Assembly: GCA_051532055.1 (NCBI GenBank)
Contig: JAOPTX010000008.1
Coordinates: forward strand, 64,001 to 128,000
Direction: 5' to 3'
Origin: Fibrobacterales bacterium
GTDB lineage: Bacteria > Fibrobacterota > Fibrobacteria > Fibrobacterales > JAOPTW01
Length of the DNA: 64,000 nucleotides
Shown one piece after another: positions 37,336-48,133 of the stretch. A program made the translations under genes and the position numbers. Below the pieces are notes generated by a model, which ran no database searches, had not been told where the DNA came from, and was given only the letters and a program-made list of their open reading frames with translations. The first letter of the stretch is position 1. Each line of letters begins with the position of its first letter.

Positions 37336-37808
37336 AATTCTATCTTTTGTCCGTGTGAAGTGAACCAGGCTTTTCCTGAACCTATTTCTAAATAGAGTGT
37401 CCGTGGAAAAGTCCCCCCAACATGCTCTGCATCAATTAAAACATTATTTTTCCAAAATAGTTTTCTAGCAATGGTTATATTACGTGACCCAATGTCAAAT
37501 TTTCCTTTTTCACCAATAACATGGGCGCCACCCGCCATAACAACCCGCATATTCTCTTTTTTAGCCCCTAGATCATATGCCTTTTTAAAGAATTCAGGTA
37601 TGCCCGTATCACCAAACATAAGTGGTTTTATAAGTGCCTTTTCTTTATCAATTTTTGACTGGGGGAGCATATAGTGAAGAATTCCTCCAACGTTTGCCTC
37701 GGGATCGAAAAGTGCTATACCAATGCATGAGCCCAGTGCATGAGTTACAACCACATCATCACTCTGTGTACCAAACCCCATTTCTGATATGCCTACAGTA
37801 TATCTCAT
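37332..37808 (-). CDS. cheD: Chemoreceptor glutamine deamidase CheD (copy 1)
   Basis: ALGSCIGIALFD, GGILHYMLP, AGGA, IGSRN, HVGG..RT. Confidence 0.93.
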   Translation of the reverse strand: MRYTVGISEMGFGTQSDDVVVTHALGSCIGIALFDPEANVGGILHYMLPQSKIDKEKALIKPLMFGDTGIPEFFKKAYDLGAKKENMRVVMAGGAHVIGEKGKFDIGSRNITIARKLFWKNNVLIDAEHVGGTFPRTLYLEIGSGKAWFTSHGQKIEL

Positions 37809-37809
37809 A

Positions 37810-38613
37810 TTATACCTTTAAATAGATAGAGGGTTTAATTGTTTTAAACTGATTTTCTATACCCGTCAGGCTCTCGGAGTGGCTAATCACTAGATATCCA
37901 CCAGGCTTTAACAATCGATACGCCTCATCAACAATACGCTTCCGAATAATATTATCAAAATAAATCATAACATTTCTACAAAAAATAATGTCCATAGGTC
38001 CACTCATTGGATACGGTGCCTCAATGAGATTTAATCGTGCAAACTTTAAAAGAGATTTTAAAGAATCGTTTGCGAGAAAATATTTTTCTCCCTGCAGCTT
38101 GGATTCTGTAAAATATTTTTTCTTATATGCTAATGGAACATTATGCAAACTTTTGTCTGGATACTCTCCCGCTTTACACTTTTCTAATACTGCTGTAGAA
38201 ATATCGGTGGCAAGCATCTTTACATCAATATTTTTGCCATTCATCACTTCTCGCAAGGTCATCGCAAGGGTATAGGGTTCTTCTCCAGAAGATGCAGCTG
38301 CACACCAAATTCTGAAACTCTTTTGCCCATTTCGAATCCAAGTATCCATTAACTCAGTTAAAAAGCTAAAATGATCTGGTTCTCGATAAAAACTAGTGAA
38401 ATTCGTAGAGATAACATCCAGTAATTGTACCAACTCATTACCACTGCTATCATTTTTTAAAAAACTTAAATACTCTGATTCATTGGACAGCTTCAGTTTA
38501 CGTAATCGTTTAGCTAACCGAGCTGAAACAAGTGCTTCTTTGGAATCAAGTGTAATACCAGCCTTTGCATATACTATATTCTTAATCTCTATAAATACTT
38601 CTGTATCCATCAT
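37810..38613 (-). CDS. cheR: Chemotaxis methyltransferase
   Basis: TNFTSFYRE..HF, RIWCAAASSGEEPY, ATDIS, IFCRNVMIYFD, HSESL. Confidence 0.97.
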   Translation of the reverse strand: MMDTEVFIEIKNIVYAKAGITLDSKEALVSARLAKRLRKLKLSNESEYLSFLKNDSSGNELVQLLDVISTNFTSFYREPDHFSFLTELMDTWIRNGQKSFRIWCAAASSGEEPYTLAMTLREVMNGKNIDVKMLATDISTAVLEKCKAGEYPDKSLHNVPLAYKKKYFTESKLQGEKYFLANDSLKSLLKFARLNLIEAPYPMSGPMDIIFCRNVMIYFDNIIRKRIVDEAYRLLKPGGYLVISHSESLTGIENQFKTIKPSIYLKV

Positions 38614-38630
38614 ATCTTAACAGAATCCTC

Positions 38631-41624
38631 TTACTTGACACTCTGTACAATTGCACCAACATCAAGAATCATACTAATTTTCCCATCACTCATAATCGCT
38701 CCGCCAGATACCCCATCTATTGAACCAATACCTTCACCAAGGCTTTTGATAACAACTTGTTGTTGTCCTAAAATCTGATCTACTGAAAGACCTATTTTTT
38801 TACCAAGCATATCTTCAACAACCATTACTATGCCGTCAGTTAATGCTTTTTCACTTCTAGAATTTCCAAAGAAATCTGACAACCTTACCAGCGTTATTGC
38901 TTCACCTCGTACATCAATATACTCTCCTTTACCCGCTGCAGTACCAATCTGTGCACTGTCAGGCCTAAGAGAGTCAAGAATACTTAGGGTAGGAATTATA
39001 TATCGTTCATTTGATGCGGTAACAACCATTCCATCAATAATCGCTAAGGTTAATGGTAATCTAATAACAAATGTTGTACCAATACCCAATTCTGAATAAG
39101 TCTCTACAGACCCTCTCGATTGTTCAATATTTCTCCGTACTACATCCATGCCAACACCACGACCGGAAATGTCTGATATTTGTTCTGCAGTCGAAAACCC
39201 AGGGTGAAAAATTAATTGGTGAATGTCATTGTCACTGTGTTGATCTTCAGCTTTTATTAATCCTTGCTTAATTGCTTTCGCTTTAATTTTTTCAACATTA
39301 AGTCCACCACCATTATCTTGAATTTCAATATTTATATTACCTGCAGCCTGAAATGCTCTAAGAGTAACGCGAGCAGGCTCAACCTTACCCATTTGTTCTC
39401 GCTCTTCTGGTAACTCAATACCATGGTCTACTGAATTTCGGATCATATGCATCAGTGGGTCTGCTATATTTTCGACAACAGATTTATCTAACTCCGTATC
39501 TTCACCTTCCATAACAAACTGAATATTTTTACCCGTTTTTTTCGAGTAATCTCTTACCAAGCGAGCCATTTTTTGGAATGTTGATTTTATGGATACTGTT
39601 CGGAGAGCCATGGAGAGCTCTTGAATTTGCCTCATCACTTGATCAACTGCAGAAACTTTTTTCTGAAACCCAACTACATCTATCCCTTCTAAGCTCTTAT
39701 GATGCATAGTCATAATTGGATCAGCTGAAATCATCGATTGTGCAATAACCGCCTCTCCAATGGTATCGATCAATTGGTCAAGCCTTCCAATAGGTACACG
39801 AACCGTTTCATCAATTCCTGCAGGTTTCTTATTTTGAGTCGGGGATTTCGGGGTTGTTTCAGAAACCTCTACTATACCTTCACCCTTTTTTGCTTCAACT
39901 ATTTTCTGAGAAATATTACTTTCTTCAACAACTGGTTGTACACTACTATTAGTGTCCAATTTATTTTGTAGTGAAAGGTCAAGTCGCGCCATAATACCTG
40001 TATATGACGCTGGAACATGATACTTTTCAGTTGAGATAAAGTCCGCAACAATATCTATAAACTCTTTAAGAAGATCAATTGATTCAAGCAACACATCAAC
40101 CTTAGGTGGATCAAGAGTGAGTTCGTTTTGCCTCGCCTTATCCATAAGGTTTTCAACATTATGTGCTAATGATTGAATATCAAGGAGTTCCAAGAAACCA
40201 GCAATACCTTTTATTGTATGACAGCCTCTAAATATGAGATTGAGATATTCAGCATTTGTAGGGTCATTTTCTAAATCGAGAAGGGTATTTTCAATTACCG
40301 TCAAATGTTCCCGAGATTCAGTTACAAAGTCTTCTAAAAATGATTTATCTGCACCTAAATTCAGACTATTTCCATCAGCTTTTGTCATTTCATCTTGGGT
40401 GGCCCCACTACTCTCAAATGAATTAGATTGAGTTGCGTCTCCAATAAGAACGACGTTCATTTCATGCTCATCAATAACGACATCATCGCAATTACTATTC
40501 TCACTAACCTTCTTATGTATTAAAGCTGTAAGCCTCTGCAACCCTGCAAGATCAATCTGACCTTCAAGAACAAATGAATCTACTAAGGTTAATAAATTAC
40601 TAAAAGAAGGACTCTTTGCTCCAATATAATGTGACCGAAGTTGTTTAAAAATCGGACGAAAAAGTTCTTTAATGGACGCCCCTGAAGTACATTCACTATG
40701 CGCCATTTCTAATTGGGTGAGTAGAGCCTCAATTGAAACAGGTGTTTCATTCTCTACACTTTCTGTTTCATGATTCTTTGTTGATTCCTTAATTAAAGGA
40801 GCATCATTTATTGATTTATCTTCTATTGTTGAGCTCAGATCTGATTCTACACTTTCTCTTACCTTTAAAATCATTTCAGACTCATAATCATGAATTGTAG
40901 AATTCTCTCCCATAGCTAATTCATTCAATTTCATTGAAATCAGATCTTTTAACCTGAATAACCCATCTGCACTCATTGTTTGATCATTCATTTTTTGTTC
41001 AACGCTATGGATAAGATGCGCAAACTTTTGCAGCCCCAATACTCCCAGTTCACCCTTAAGAGTATGAAGCTCTCTGAGAATACTTTGTATTGCCGAAGTA
41101 CTCCCTGCTTCAAATTCTAAAATCATCTCTTCAAATTCATCAAATTTTGCTTGTTGCGATGATATAAAGATTAGGAGAAGGTCTTGCATATCGGCCGGTA
41201 CTTCATCTCGAATAGAATCATCAAAACCCTCATCAAAATCATCTATGGGTACAGCACTCATAGCTGCAGCAAGGGCAGCTTCTGTATCTTCTTCTAGTGA
41301 TTCTTTTGAGCTCGTTACTGCTGATGCTTCTTCTGGAAATTTATTTATTAAAAAGGTATCAACTGCTTTAGTAAGCTTAGTAAAGCATTGTTGTAATTTT
41401 ATAAGCCCCTCTTCGAAAGGAGTATCCTTTGCAGAAACGGCATTACAAAGCGATCCTGCTCTTTTAACATTAGTATAAAATGCTTGAGGAAATCCAGAAA
41501 TTTCGAGAATATTAGTTGTCGCTTCATGTAATTCATTGATTCTTCCAGAGTCAATACTTGACCCACTCAAAACGTCACACCAATGATGCACTACTTTAGA
41601 AACATTTAAAAGTTCATTATTCAT
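38631..41624 (-). CDS. cheA: Chemotaxis histidine kinase with multiple Hpt domains
   Basis: HTLKG and HTIKG Hpt motifs, HMIRNSVDHG, GFSTA..ISGRGVGMDVV, PLTLAI, C-terminal CheW-like P5. Confidence 0.96.
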   Translation of the reverse strand: MNNELLNVSKVVHHWCDVLSGSSIDSGRINELHEATTNILEISGFPQAFYTNVKRAGSLCNAVSAKDTPFEEGLIKLQQCFTKLTKAVDTFLINKFPEEASAVTSSKESLEEDTEAALAAAMSAVPIDDFDEGFDDSIRDEVPADMQDLLLIFISSQQAKFDEFEEMILEFEAGSTSAIQSILRELHTLKGELGVLGLQKFAHLIHSVEQKMNDQTMSADGLFRLKDLISMKLNELAMGENSTIHDYESEMILKVRESVESDLSSTIEDKSINDAPLIKESTKNHETESVENETPVSIEALLTQLEMAHSECTSGASIKELFRPIFKQLRSHYIGAKSPSFSNLLTLVDSFVLEGQIDLAGLQRLTALIHKKVSENSNCDDVVIDEHEMNVVLIGDATQSNSFESSGATQDEMTKADGNSLNLGADKSFLEDFVTESREHLTVIENTLLDLENDPTNAEYLNLIFRGCHTIKGIAGFLELLDIQSLAHNVENLMDKARQNELTLDPPKVDVLLESIDLLKEFIDIVADFISTEKYHVPASYTGIMARLDLSLQNKLDTNSSVQPVVEESNISQKIVEAKKGEGIVEVSETTPKSPTQNKKPAGIDETVRVPIGRLDQLIDTIGEAVIAQSMISADPIMTMHHKSLEGIDVVGFQKKVSAVDQVMRQIQELSMALRTVSIKSTFQKMARLVRDYSKKTGKNIQFVMEGEDTELDKSVVENIADPLMHMIRNSVDHGIELPEEREQMGKVEPARVTLRAFQAAGNINIEIQDNGGGLNVEKIKAKAIKQGLIKAEDQHSDNDIHQLIFHPGFSTAEQISDISGRGVGMDVVRRNIEQSRGSVETYSELGIGTTFVIRLPLTLAIIDGMVVTASNERYIIPTLSILDSLRPDSAQIGTAAGKGEYIDVRGEAITLVRLSDFFGNSRSEKALTDGIVMVVEDMLGKKIGLSVDQILGQQQVVIKSLGEGIGSIDGVSGGAIMSDGKISMILDVGAIVQSVK

Positions 41625-41781
41625 AGAGAGATACCTAAATTTCTGTAACTCTATTCTACAACATAAATACCATGAATTTCAAATTTTTTAGTTATTATTT
41701 TAGTAAATAATCAGATATACCTATATTCAGGTAGAGTAAATACCCCAATAGAGCCATTTTGTTTTAAAAGCAGGCAGACAA

Positions 41782-42174
41782 ATGAAAATATTGATAGTTG
41801 ATGATAACTTTATTAATCGCAAACAACTTAAATTTATGCTCTCTGAGCTTGGTGATAGTGATCTTGCAAATGATGGAAAGGAAGCGTTGGAAGCAATTTC
41901 CATTGCCCATCAATTAAATGAGTATTACGACCTCATTTGCATGGATATCATGATGCCACAAATGGACGGGATGGAAGCACTTGAAAAAATCCGGGCTTTT
42001 GAACAAGAACATAGTATTGCTCCAGATTCAGGTGCAAAAATCATAATGATTACAACAGTTGATGATAAAAGCAGTATTATCAAATCTTTTAGATCTGGCT
42101 GTGAAAGCTATGTGGTCAAACCAGTTGTAAAACATAAACTATTAGAGACCATTAAAAACCTCGAAATCAGCTAA
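41782..42174 (+). CDS. Single-domain response regulator, divergent from cheA
   Basis: IVDD, MDIMMPQMDG, MIT, VKP. Confidence 0.9.
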   Translation: MKILIVDDNFINRKQLKFMLSELGDSDLANDGKEALEAISIAHQLNEYYDLICMDIMMPQMDGMEALEKIRAFEQEHSIAPDSGAKIIMITTVDDKSSIIKSFRSGCESYVVKPVVKHKLLETIKNLEIS

Positions 42175-42258
42175 AGCATTTCAATATAGAGAGCCTCACT
42201 TTAAAAATGAGACCATTTTTGCTATTTTTGCATCAAAATAAGCAATTTTGGAGCAGTA

Positions 42259-45003
42259 ATGGAATCGCGTTTTTCGCCGCAAGATATCGAAAACAAATGG
42301 TTAGAGTCATGGATCGAAACAGGTTCATTTAAACCCAGTGGTGAAGGTGATCCATTTAGTATCGTCATACCTCCCCCAAATGTTACTGGGGCTCTTCACT
42401 TAGGCCATGCTCTCAACAACACCATTCAAGACACCCTAATACGGTGGCAACGCAAGATGGGTAAGAATACCCTTTGGGTTCCAGGAACAGACCACGCAGG
42501 CATTGCAACTCAAGCAGTTGTCGAGCGGCGTCTTTTGGAAAACGAACAAAAAACTCGCCATGATATAGGTAGAGATGCATTAGTTAAACGTATCTGGGAC
42601 TGGAAAGACGAATATGAAAAACGTATTTCAGGACAACTTAGAAAAGTAGGCTCGAGTTGCGATTGGGACCGCCAACGCTTTACCCTTGACCCAGTATGCG
42701 CAAAAGCTGTCCGCCACACCTTTTATAACCTCTTTAAAAAGAACTATATATTCAGAGGGAAACGGCTTGTTAACTGGGATACCCATCTTCAAACTGCCGT
42801 TGCTGACGATGAAATATATTATGAAACCGTACAGAGTCACATGTGGTATTTTAAATACTACTTAGCGGACGGTTCAGGCTTTATACCTGTAGCTACAACG
42901 CGCCCCGAAACGATTCTCGGTGACACTGCTGTAGCGGTACATCCCGAAGATAGTCGATATAAATCCTTTATTGGTAAAATGCTGAAAGTCCCTTTTGTCG
43001 ACCGTGAAATACCAGTAATTGCCGATGGCATGTTGGTTAACCCAGAATTTGGTACAGGCTCGGTTAAAGTTACTCCTGCTCATGATCCCAATGACTACGC
43101 AACGGGTCTTCGCCATACACTACCAATGATTAATATTCTTACCAGCACTGGTCATATCAATGAAAATGGCGGACAATTTGCTGATATGGAACGGTATGAT
43201 GCTCGAAAAGCAGTAGTTGCAGAACTTGAGGCTCTTGACCTTTTGATTAAGGTTGAAGATCATGAGATGCCCCTTGGCCATTCAGACCGTTCTAAAACAC
43301 CCATCGAACCTTATTTGTCTGATCAATGGTTTGTAGATATGAAGGAAATTGGTGAAACAGCCCTTGATGCAGTTCGCCAAAAATCTATTACTTTTTACCC
43401 TGAACGCTATAGTAAAACCTACCTCGATTGGTTAGGTGAAAAACGTGACTGGTGTATAAGCCGACAGTTATGGTGGGGACACCAAATTCCTATTTGGTAC
43501 TGTTCAACTTGTAGTGAAGCTGATCTCGAGAATGCTTTTGGCAATTCAGGAGATGCTCACTGGATTAAAACAGAAGATGAAAGTGGCTGGCTTGTCTGCT
43601 CTCTTGATGATATTAGTGAAAATGCACTCGGTGAAAGTCACACCCTTACCCGTGATCCTGATGTACTTGACACCTGGTTTTCAAGTGCTCTTTGGCCCCA
43701 CTCTACTTTAGGCTGGCCCGAACAGACCGATGATCTCAAAACATTTTATCCAACCAGTGTTCTAGTAACGAGTCGTGATATTATAAGTTTATGGATCGCC
43801 CGCATGGTTGTTACTGGATTAGAAAATATTGGAGACATTCCTTTTTCTAAAGTATACATCCACCCAAAAATTCTCGATGGTGATGGCCGTACCATGAGTA
43901 AATCACTCGGAAATGGTGTTGACCCTCTTGATATTATTGAAAAATACGGCACTGATGCACTTCGATTTACAATGGCACAACTCTGTACCGACAATCAAGA
44001 TGCACGTCTTCCCGTTAAGCCAGAAACACTTGAAGATGGAAGAACCATCAATACTTCAGACAAATTTGAACTAGGGCGTAACTTTGCAAACAAATTGTGG
44101 AACGCCTGCCGATTTGTAGAGCCGCACCTTTCATCTGTTGAAAAACTTACTATCGATACTGCTCTTCTGACACTTGAAGACAAGTGGATTCTTTCTCGTA
44201 TCAATAGCACTATTCAAAAAGTAGAATCGTGCCTTGAGCATTACCGTTTTTCTGAAATGGTTCAAGTGCTCTATCACTTCACTTGGGATGATTTCTGTTC
44301 TCGATATTTAGAAATCAAAAAGAAAACTATTACCGCAGAAGCGATGAGTCCTGAAAAAGCAAATGGTCTTGCGGTATTTTCACACGTTGTTGAAAAACTG
44401 ATTGGCGCTCTGCACCCAGTAATGCCTTTCATTACTGAAGAGCTTAATACCATATTGTTCCCCACTGCTCCAGCATTGATTACTTCACCTTGGCCAAAAG
44501 TAGACACTCTAGTCATTAACCAACAAATAGAGAAAGACTTTTCTGAAATTTTTGAGATTGTCGAATCAGTTCGATCTATTCGTGGTCAATACTCAATTAG
44601 CCCTGCTAAAGAATTAGATTGTTATGTGAAAGTGGCAACTGAAACAGTAAAAAATGCATTGAATGAGAATGCCTCATTTATCAAAATTATGGGTAAACTT
44701 TCTACTCTTACCATTGATTGTAATGATATTAAGCCTCCATTTTCTGCGACCCAGATGATGAGTGGTGGCGAAGTTTATATTCCACTTGAAGGCATATTGG
44801 ACAAGGAAAAGGAACTTGAGAAACTTACAAAGGAGCTGGCTGGGGCTCAAAAGTTTTCTCAAAGCCTTGAGAAAAAATTGTCAAACGATAAATTTGTCAA
44901 TAACGCTCCCGCAAATGTTGTTGCATTTGAAAAGGATAAGTTAAAAAGTCAGCTTGAAACTATCCAAAAATGTAAAAATGCAATTGCGGAGCTCAGTGCT
45001 TAA
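42259..45003 (+). CDS. valS: Valine--tRNA ligase
   Basis: PPPNVTGALHLGH, DWCISRQLWWGH, DVLDTWFSS, TMSKS, C-terminal coiled coil FVNNAP. Confidence 0.98.
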   Translation: MESRFSPQDIENKWLESWIETGSFKPSGEGDPFSIVIPPPNVTGALHLGHALNNTIQDTLIRWQRKMGKNTLWVPGTDHAGIATQAVVERRLLENEQKTRHDIGRDALVKRIWDWKDEYEKRISGQLRKVGSSCDWDRQRFTLDPVCAKAVRHTFYNLFKKNYIFRGKRLVNWDTHLQTAVADDEIYYETVQSHMWYFKYYLADGSGFIPVATTRPETILGDTAVAVHPEDSRYKSFIGKMLKVPFVDREIPVIADGMLVNPEFGTGSVKVTPAHDPNDYATGLRHTLPMINILTSTGHINENGGQFADMERYDARKAVVAELEALDLLIKVEDHEMPLGHSDRSKTPIEPYLSDQWFVDMKEIGETALDAVRQKSITFYPERYSKTYLDWLGEKRDWCISRQLWWGHQIPIWYCSTCSEADLENAFGNSGDAHWIKTEDESGWLVCSLDDISENALGESHTLTRDPDVLDTWFSSALWPHSTLGWPEQTDDLKTFYPTSVLVTSRDIISLWIARMVVTGLENIGDIPFSKVYIHPKILDGDGRTMSKSLGNGVDPLDIIEKYGTDALRFTMAQLCTDNQDARLPVKPETLEDGRTINTSDKFELGRNFANKLWNACRFVEPHLSSVEKLTIDTALLTLEDKWILSRINSTIQKVESCLEHYRFSEMVQVLYHFTWDDFCSRYLEIKKKTITAEAMSPEKANGLAVFSHVVEKLIGALHPVMPFITEELNTILFPTAPALITSPWPKVDTLVINQQIEKDFSEIFEIVESVRSIRGQYSISPAKELDCYVKVATETVKNALNENASFIKIMGKLSTLTIDCNDIKPPFSATQMMSGGEVYIPLEGILDKEKELEKLTKELAGAQKFSQSLEKKLSNDKFVNNAPANVVAFEKDKLKSQLETIQKCKNAIAELSA

Positions 45004-45011
45004 CACGATCT

Positions 45012-46604
45012 CTACTCGATAGTCCCCTCTGTATTACCATGAGGCTCTATTGGAATAGAAAATATAAAAGTACTTCCTGGGCCATGTTTATTATACATGG
45101 CCCAGATTTGCCCTTGGTGATTCTCAATTATCTCTTTGCTTATTGCTAAGCCTAGCCCAGTTCCGCCAGCCCCACTATCACTTGATGAACTTTGAACAAA
45201 TTCATCAAACACTGAAATGAGCTCACCTTTAGGAATTCCAACTCCTTCATCGATTACTCTGCATTCAATAGAAGGGTACTCAATAAAGCTTATCTCATCA
45301 ATAAGAAATGAGTCTTTTATTTGAATTGTTATAGTAGAATCAACAGGTGAAAATTTTATTGCATTTGATAGCAAATTTCTTAGTACTTGCATAATCCTAA
45401 CATTATCATACATGACCACTTTGTAGGTACATTCTATTGAAAGATCAACATAAATTGATTTATTTTTTATGAGCTGAGCCAACTCATTTAATATTGTTTT
45501 TATTGTATCAGCAATACTATTTTTTGTTTTGATATAACTTACTTTACCTGATGCAAGTTTTGAAAGGTCCAATATGTCACTAACTGTTTCAAGAAGTCGG
45601 TCTCCACTCTCCTTAATCCTCCCAAAATATTTTGGTATTTTATTATCCTCAATACTCACTGACCTTTTCTCTCCAAGCTCAGCAAAACTCAAAATGGCAT
45701 GCAGAGGTGTCCTCAGCTCATGTGACATATTCGCTAGAAACCGTGACTTCACCTGCATAGCTTCTTCAGCCATATCTTTGGCGAATTGTAGCTCTACAGT
45801 TCTTTTTTCGACTTTGACTTCCAAGTTCATTTTTGCATCTGACAATTCACTCATAAGCTCATTCAATTTAACATTTGTCGTACGTTGTTCTTCTTCTTTT
45901 GAAATTAAACTTTCAATGAGAACATCGTTATCAGATTTTATCACCGCCAAAAGATCATACACTTGCTTAAACAAGGCTGTATCGGGGATTTCATGAAAAT
46001 CTTCATCACCCGATACCTTCCAATTTATTTGTCCCACCGTATCAACTAAATTTCTTAACTCCAAACCAAATTGCATTGCAGATACTGTTTTTACACCGGC
46101 ATAAGGGAGTTTAACATTATGGGTACCAGATCGATACTGTAAAATGCGCTCAAGGCCTTCTTCATAAGATCGCGCACTCTCGATTTTAATAGGTGTAGTA
46201 AAAAGGTTATTTGCAACACGAAGAATAGTTCTCACTATAAATGATCCACCATAACATACAAATGCATGTAGATGACCTTCTTCTTTTTCTAAAGTGTCTT
46301 TAACTACCATACGACTCTGTTTGCCGGGATTATTATAGACTTGAGAATAATCTTTTAATTCGTAATAATTTGTTCCAAGTAAATTACATTCGCTGAGAAT
46401 ATCTACACGCCGTTTAAAAAATTTCGATACTGCTTCTGAATTTGACGAATCTCCCACCGCTTGCGTATGAAGTATATTTGAATCAATGAGTTCAAAACTT
46501 CCTGAGTAGGAGTCTGTAAAGGGTATATTACACCACTCATCTTTATAAGTAATAATCAGACCACTGAATGGACACACTTTTGTTTTAAATCCACGATCAT
46601 CCAT
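45012..46604 (-). CDS. Cytoplasmic sensor histidine kinase
   Basis: FLANMSHELRTPL, NLLSNAIKFS, DEGVG, GGTGLGL; no TM helix evident. Confidence 0.92.
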   Translation of the reverse strand: MDDRGFKTKVCPFSGLIITYKDEWCNIPFTDSYSGSFELIDSNILHTQAVGDSSNSEAVSKFFKRRVDILSECNLLGTNYYELKDYSQVYNNPGKQSRMVVKDTLEKEEGHLHAFVCYGGSFIVRTILRVANNLFTTPIKIESARSYEEGLERILQYRSGTHNVKLPYAGVKTVSAMQFGLELRNLVDTVGQINWKVSGDEDFHEIPDTALFKQVYDLLAVIKSDNDVLIESLISKEEEQRTTNVKLNELMSELSDAKMNLEVKVEKRTVELQFAKDMAEEAMQVKSRFLANMSHELRTPLHAILSFAELGEKRSVSIEDNKIPKYFGRIKESGDRLLETVSDILDLSKLASGKVSYIKTKNSIADTIKTILNELAQLIKNKSIYVDLSIECTYKVVMYDNVRIMQVLRNLLSNAIKFSPVDSTITIQIKDSFLIDEISFIEYPSIECRVIDEGVGIPKGELISVFDEFVQSSSSDSGAGGTGLGLAISKEIIENHQGQIWAMYNKHGPGSTFIFSIPIEPHGNTEGTIE

Positions 46605-46621
46605 GTGGAATCAACAGAAAA

Positions 46622-47008
46622 TCAACTTGCTGGAGTATAGTCAGAGCACTCAAGGCACCAGTGAATATTTTCTGCCATCTCCTCTTTAACGATAGGTTTT
46701 GGCTGAAACCGAGTCGCACCGATTTCAAGTAAATGAGTAATATCCTTTATCCCCATTACCCCCGATTGAATCAGTATCGGCATCTTAGTATGTATTGAAT
46801 CCCGTATGAGGGATATCAATTCCATACCATCCATATTTGGCATCATGATATCTGTGATCAAAAGGTCACAAGGATCCCCTTGCATAATTCTATCATATGC
46901 ATCTTGGCCATCGGGACAGACTGTTACAGAGTGACCAAGCTCTTCAACAATCATCTTAATCAAGGTTTGATTAACGATATCATCTTCTGCAATTATTATT
47001 CGAGCCAT
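46622..47008 (-). CDS. Single-domain response regulator
   Basis: IAEDD, TDIMMPNMDG, PKP. Confidence 0.9.
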   Translation of the reverse strand: MARIIIAEDDIVNQTLIKMIVEELGHSVTVCPDGQDAYDRIMQGDPCDLLITDIMMPNMDGMELISLIRDSIHTKMPILIQSGVMGIKDITHLLEIGATRFQPKPIVKEEMAENIHWCLECSDYTPAS

Positions 47009-47009
47009 G

Positions 47010-48086
47010 TTAGCCCTCCATTAAGTATGGAATTGTGAATTGTACTTTAATGCCACCAACTTCTCGATTCTCTATGGTAAGAGAACCATTGTGCGACTCA
47101 GCTATTTTTTTAGTAAGTGGGAGACTAATACCAAGTCCCCGTGTGTGGTGCATTATATCTTCTGAATTAAATTCATTAAATACAGTTTCTAACTTCTCTG
47201 TTTTTATACCTGGGCCTTCATCTTCGATAATTACTGCACAATCCCCCCCATTAGGCACTACGCTAATACCAATATTCCCCCCTTCAGGTGAATGATCGTA
47301 TGCATTTTCAATGAGATACCGCACCGCATTTTGTATGTAGTATGGTTCAAATTCAAACGGTTCTAAATCAGGTATCGAATAATTTACTGAAACATTACGT
47401 TCAGAGTTCATTTTCTGTACTTGTTGCGCCGCACCCTTAATGGCCGCTTCAATTGAGCTCTTCTCAATGTCAAGGTCCATACCCTTTTTGAACATACACA
47501 TGCTCAAAGTCTTCTCAGTTTGAGACAATAGTACCGATCCAGCTTTTTGAATCTCTTTGATATAACTTCTCTCTTCGGCATTTATATTTTCAGATGTTGA
47601 AAGTAATAATTCAGATAATCCTAAAATAGAATTGAGCGGTGTCCTTTTTTCATGACTGAGCAGATGAAGTAGATCACCTTTAAGGCGGTCGACCTCTTCC
47701 TCGTATTTGAGTTTAACAAATATTTCTACTTTTGCTAATAACTCATTGTGATCAAAAGGCTTAGTGACATAATCATCTGCTCCTGCGGCATATCCTTCGA
47801 GACGTTCTTGCACCATTGCTTTTGCAGATACCAATAACACTTTTACATATTTAAAATAATTATTTGCTCGTATTCTACGACACACTTCGTACCCATCAAT
47901 TCCAGGCATCATAATATCAAGGAGAACAACATCAGGAATAAACGACTCCATCTTTTTTAATGCCGTTTCACCATCAGAGGCCACCTGGACAATATAATTT
48001 CCTTCAAGAATGTCTTCGAGAATTTCTATATTGATTTCATCATCATCTACAATGAGGATTTTAAATTTCATAATTATTTTGCTCAC
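47010..48086 (-). CDS. Hybrid REC-histidine kinase; paralogue of 13014..14099
   Basis: REC, SHEKRTPLN, ENAYDHS, DEGPG. Confidence 0.9.
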   Translation of the reverse strand: MSKIIMKFKILIVDDDEINIEILEDILEGNYIVQVASDGETALKKMESFIPDVVLLDIMMPGIDGYEVCRRIRANNYFKYVKVLLVSAKAMVQERLEGYAAGADDYVTKPFDHNELLAKVEIFVKLKYEEEVDRLKGDLLHLLSHEKRTPLNSILGLSELLLSTSENINAEERSYIKEIQKAGSVLLSQTEKTLSMCMFKKGMDLDIEKSSIEAAIKGAAQQVQKMNSERNVSVNYSIPDLEPFEFEPYYIQNAVRYLIENAYDHSPEGGNIGISVVPNGGDCAVIIEDEGPGIKTEKLETVFNEFNSEDIMHHTRGLGISLPLTKKIAESHNGSLTIENREVGGIKVQFTIPYLMEG

Positions 48087-48133
48087 AAATTCAAATTGTA
48101 TTATACCAATAAATAAAACTACCTTGCCACATA

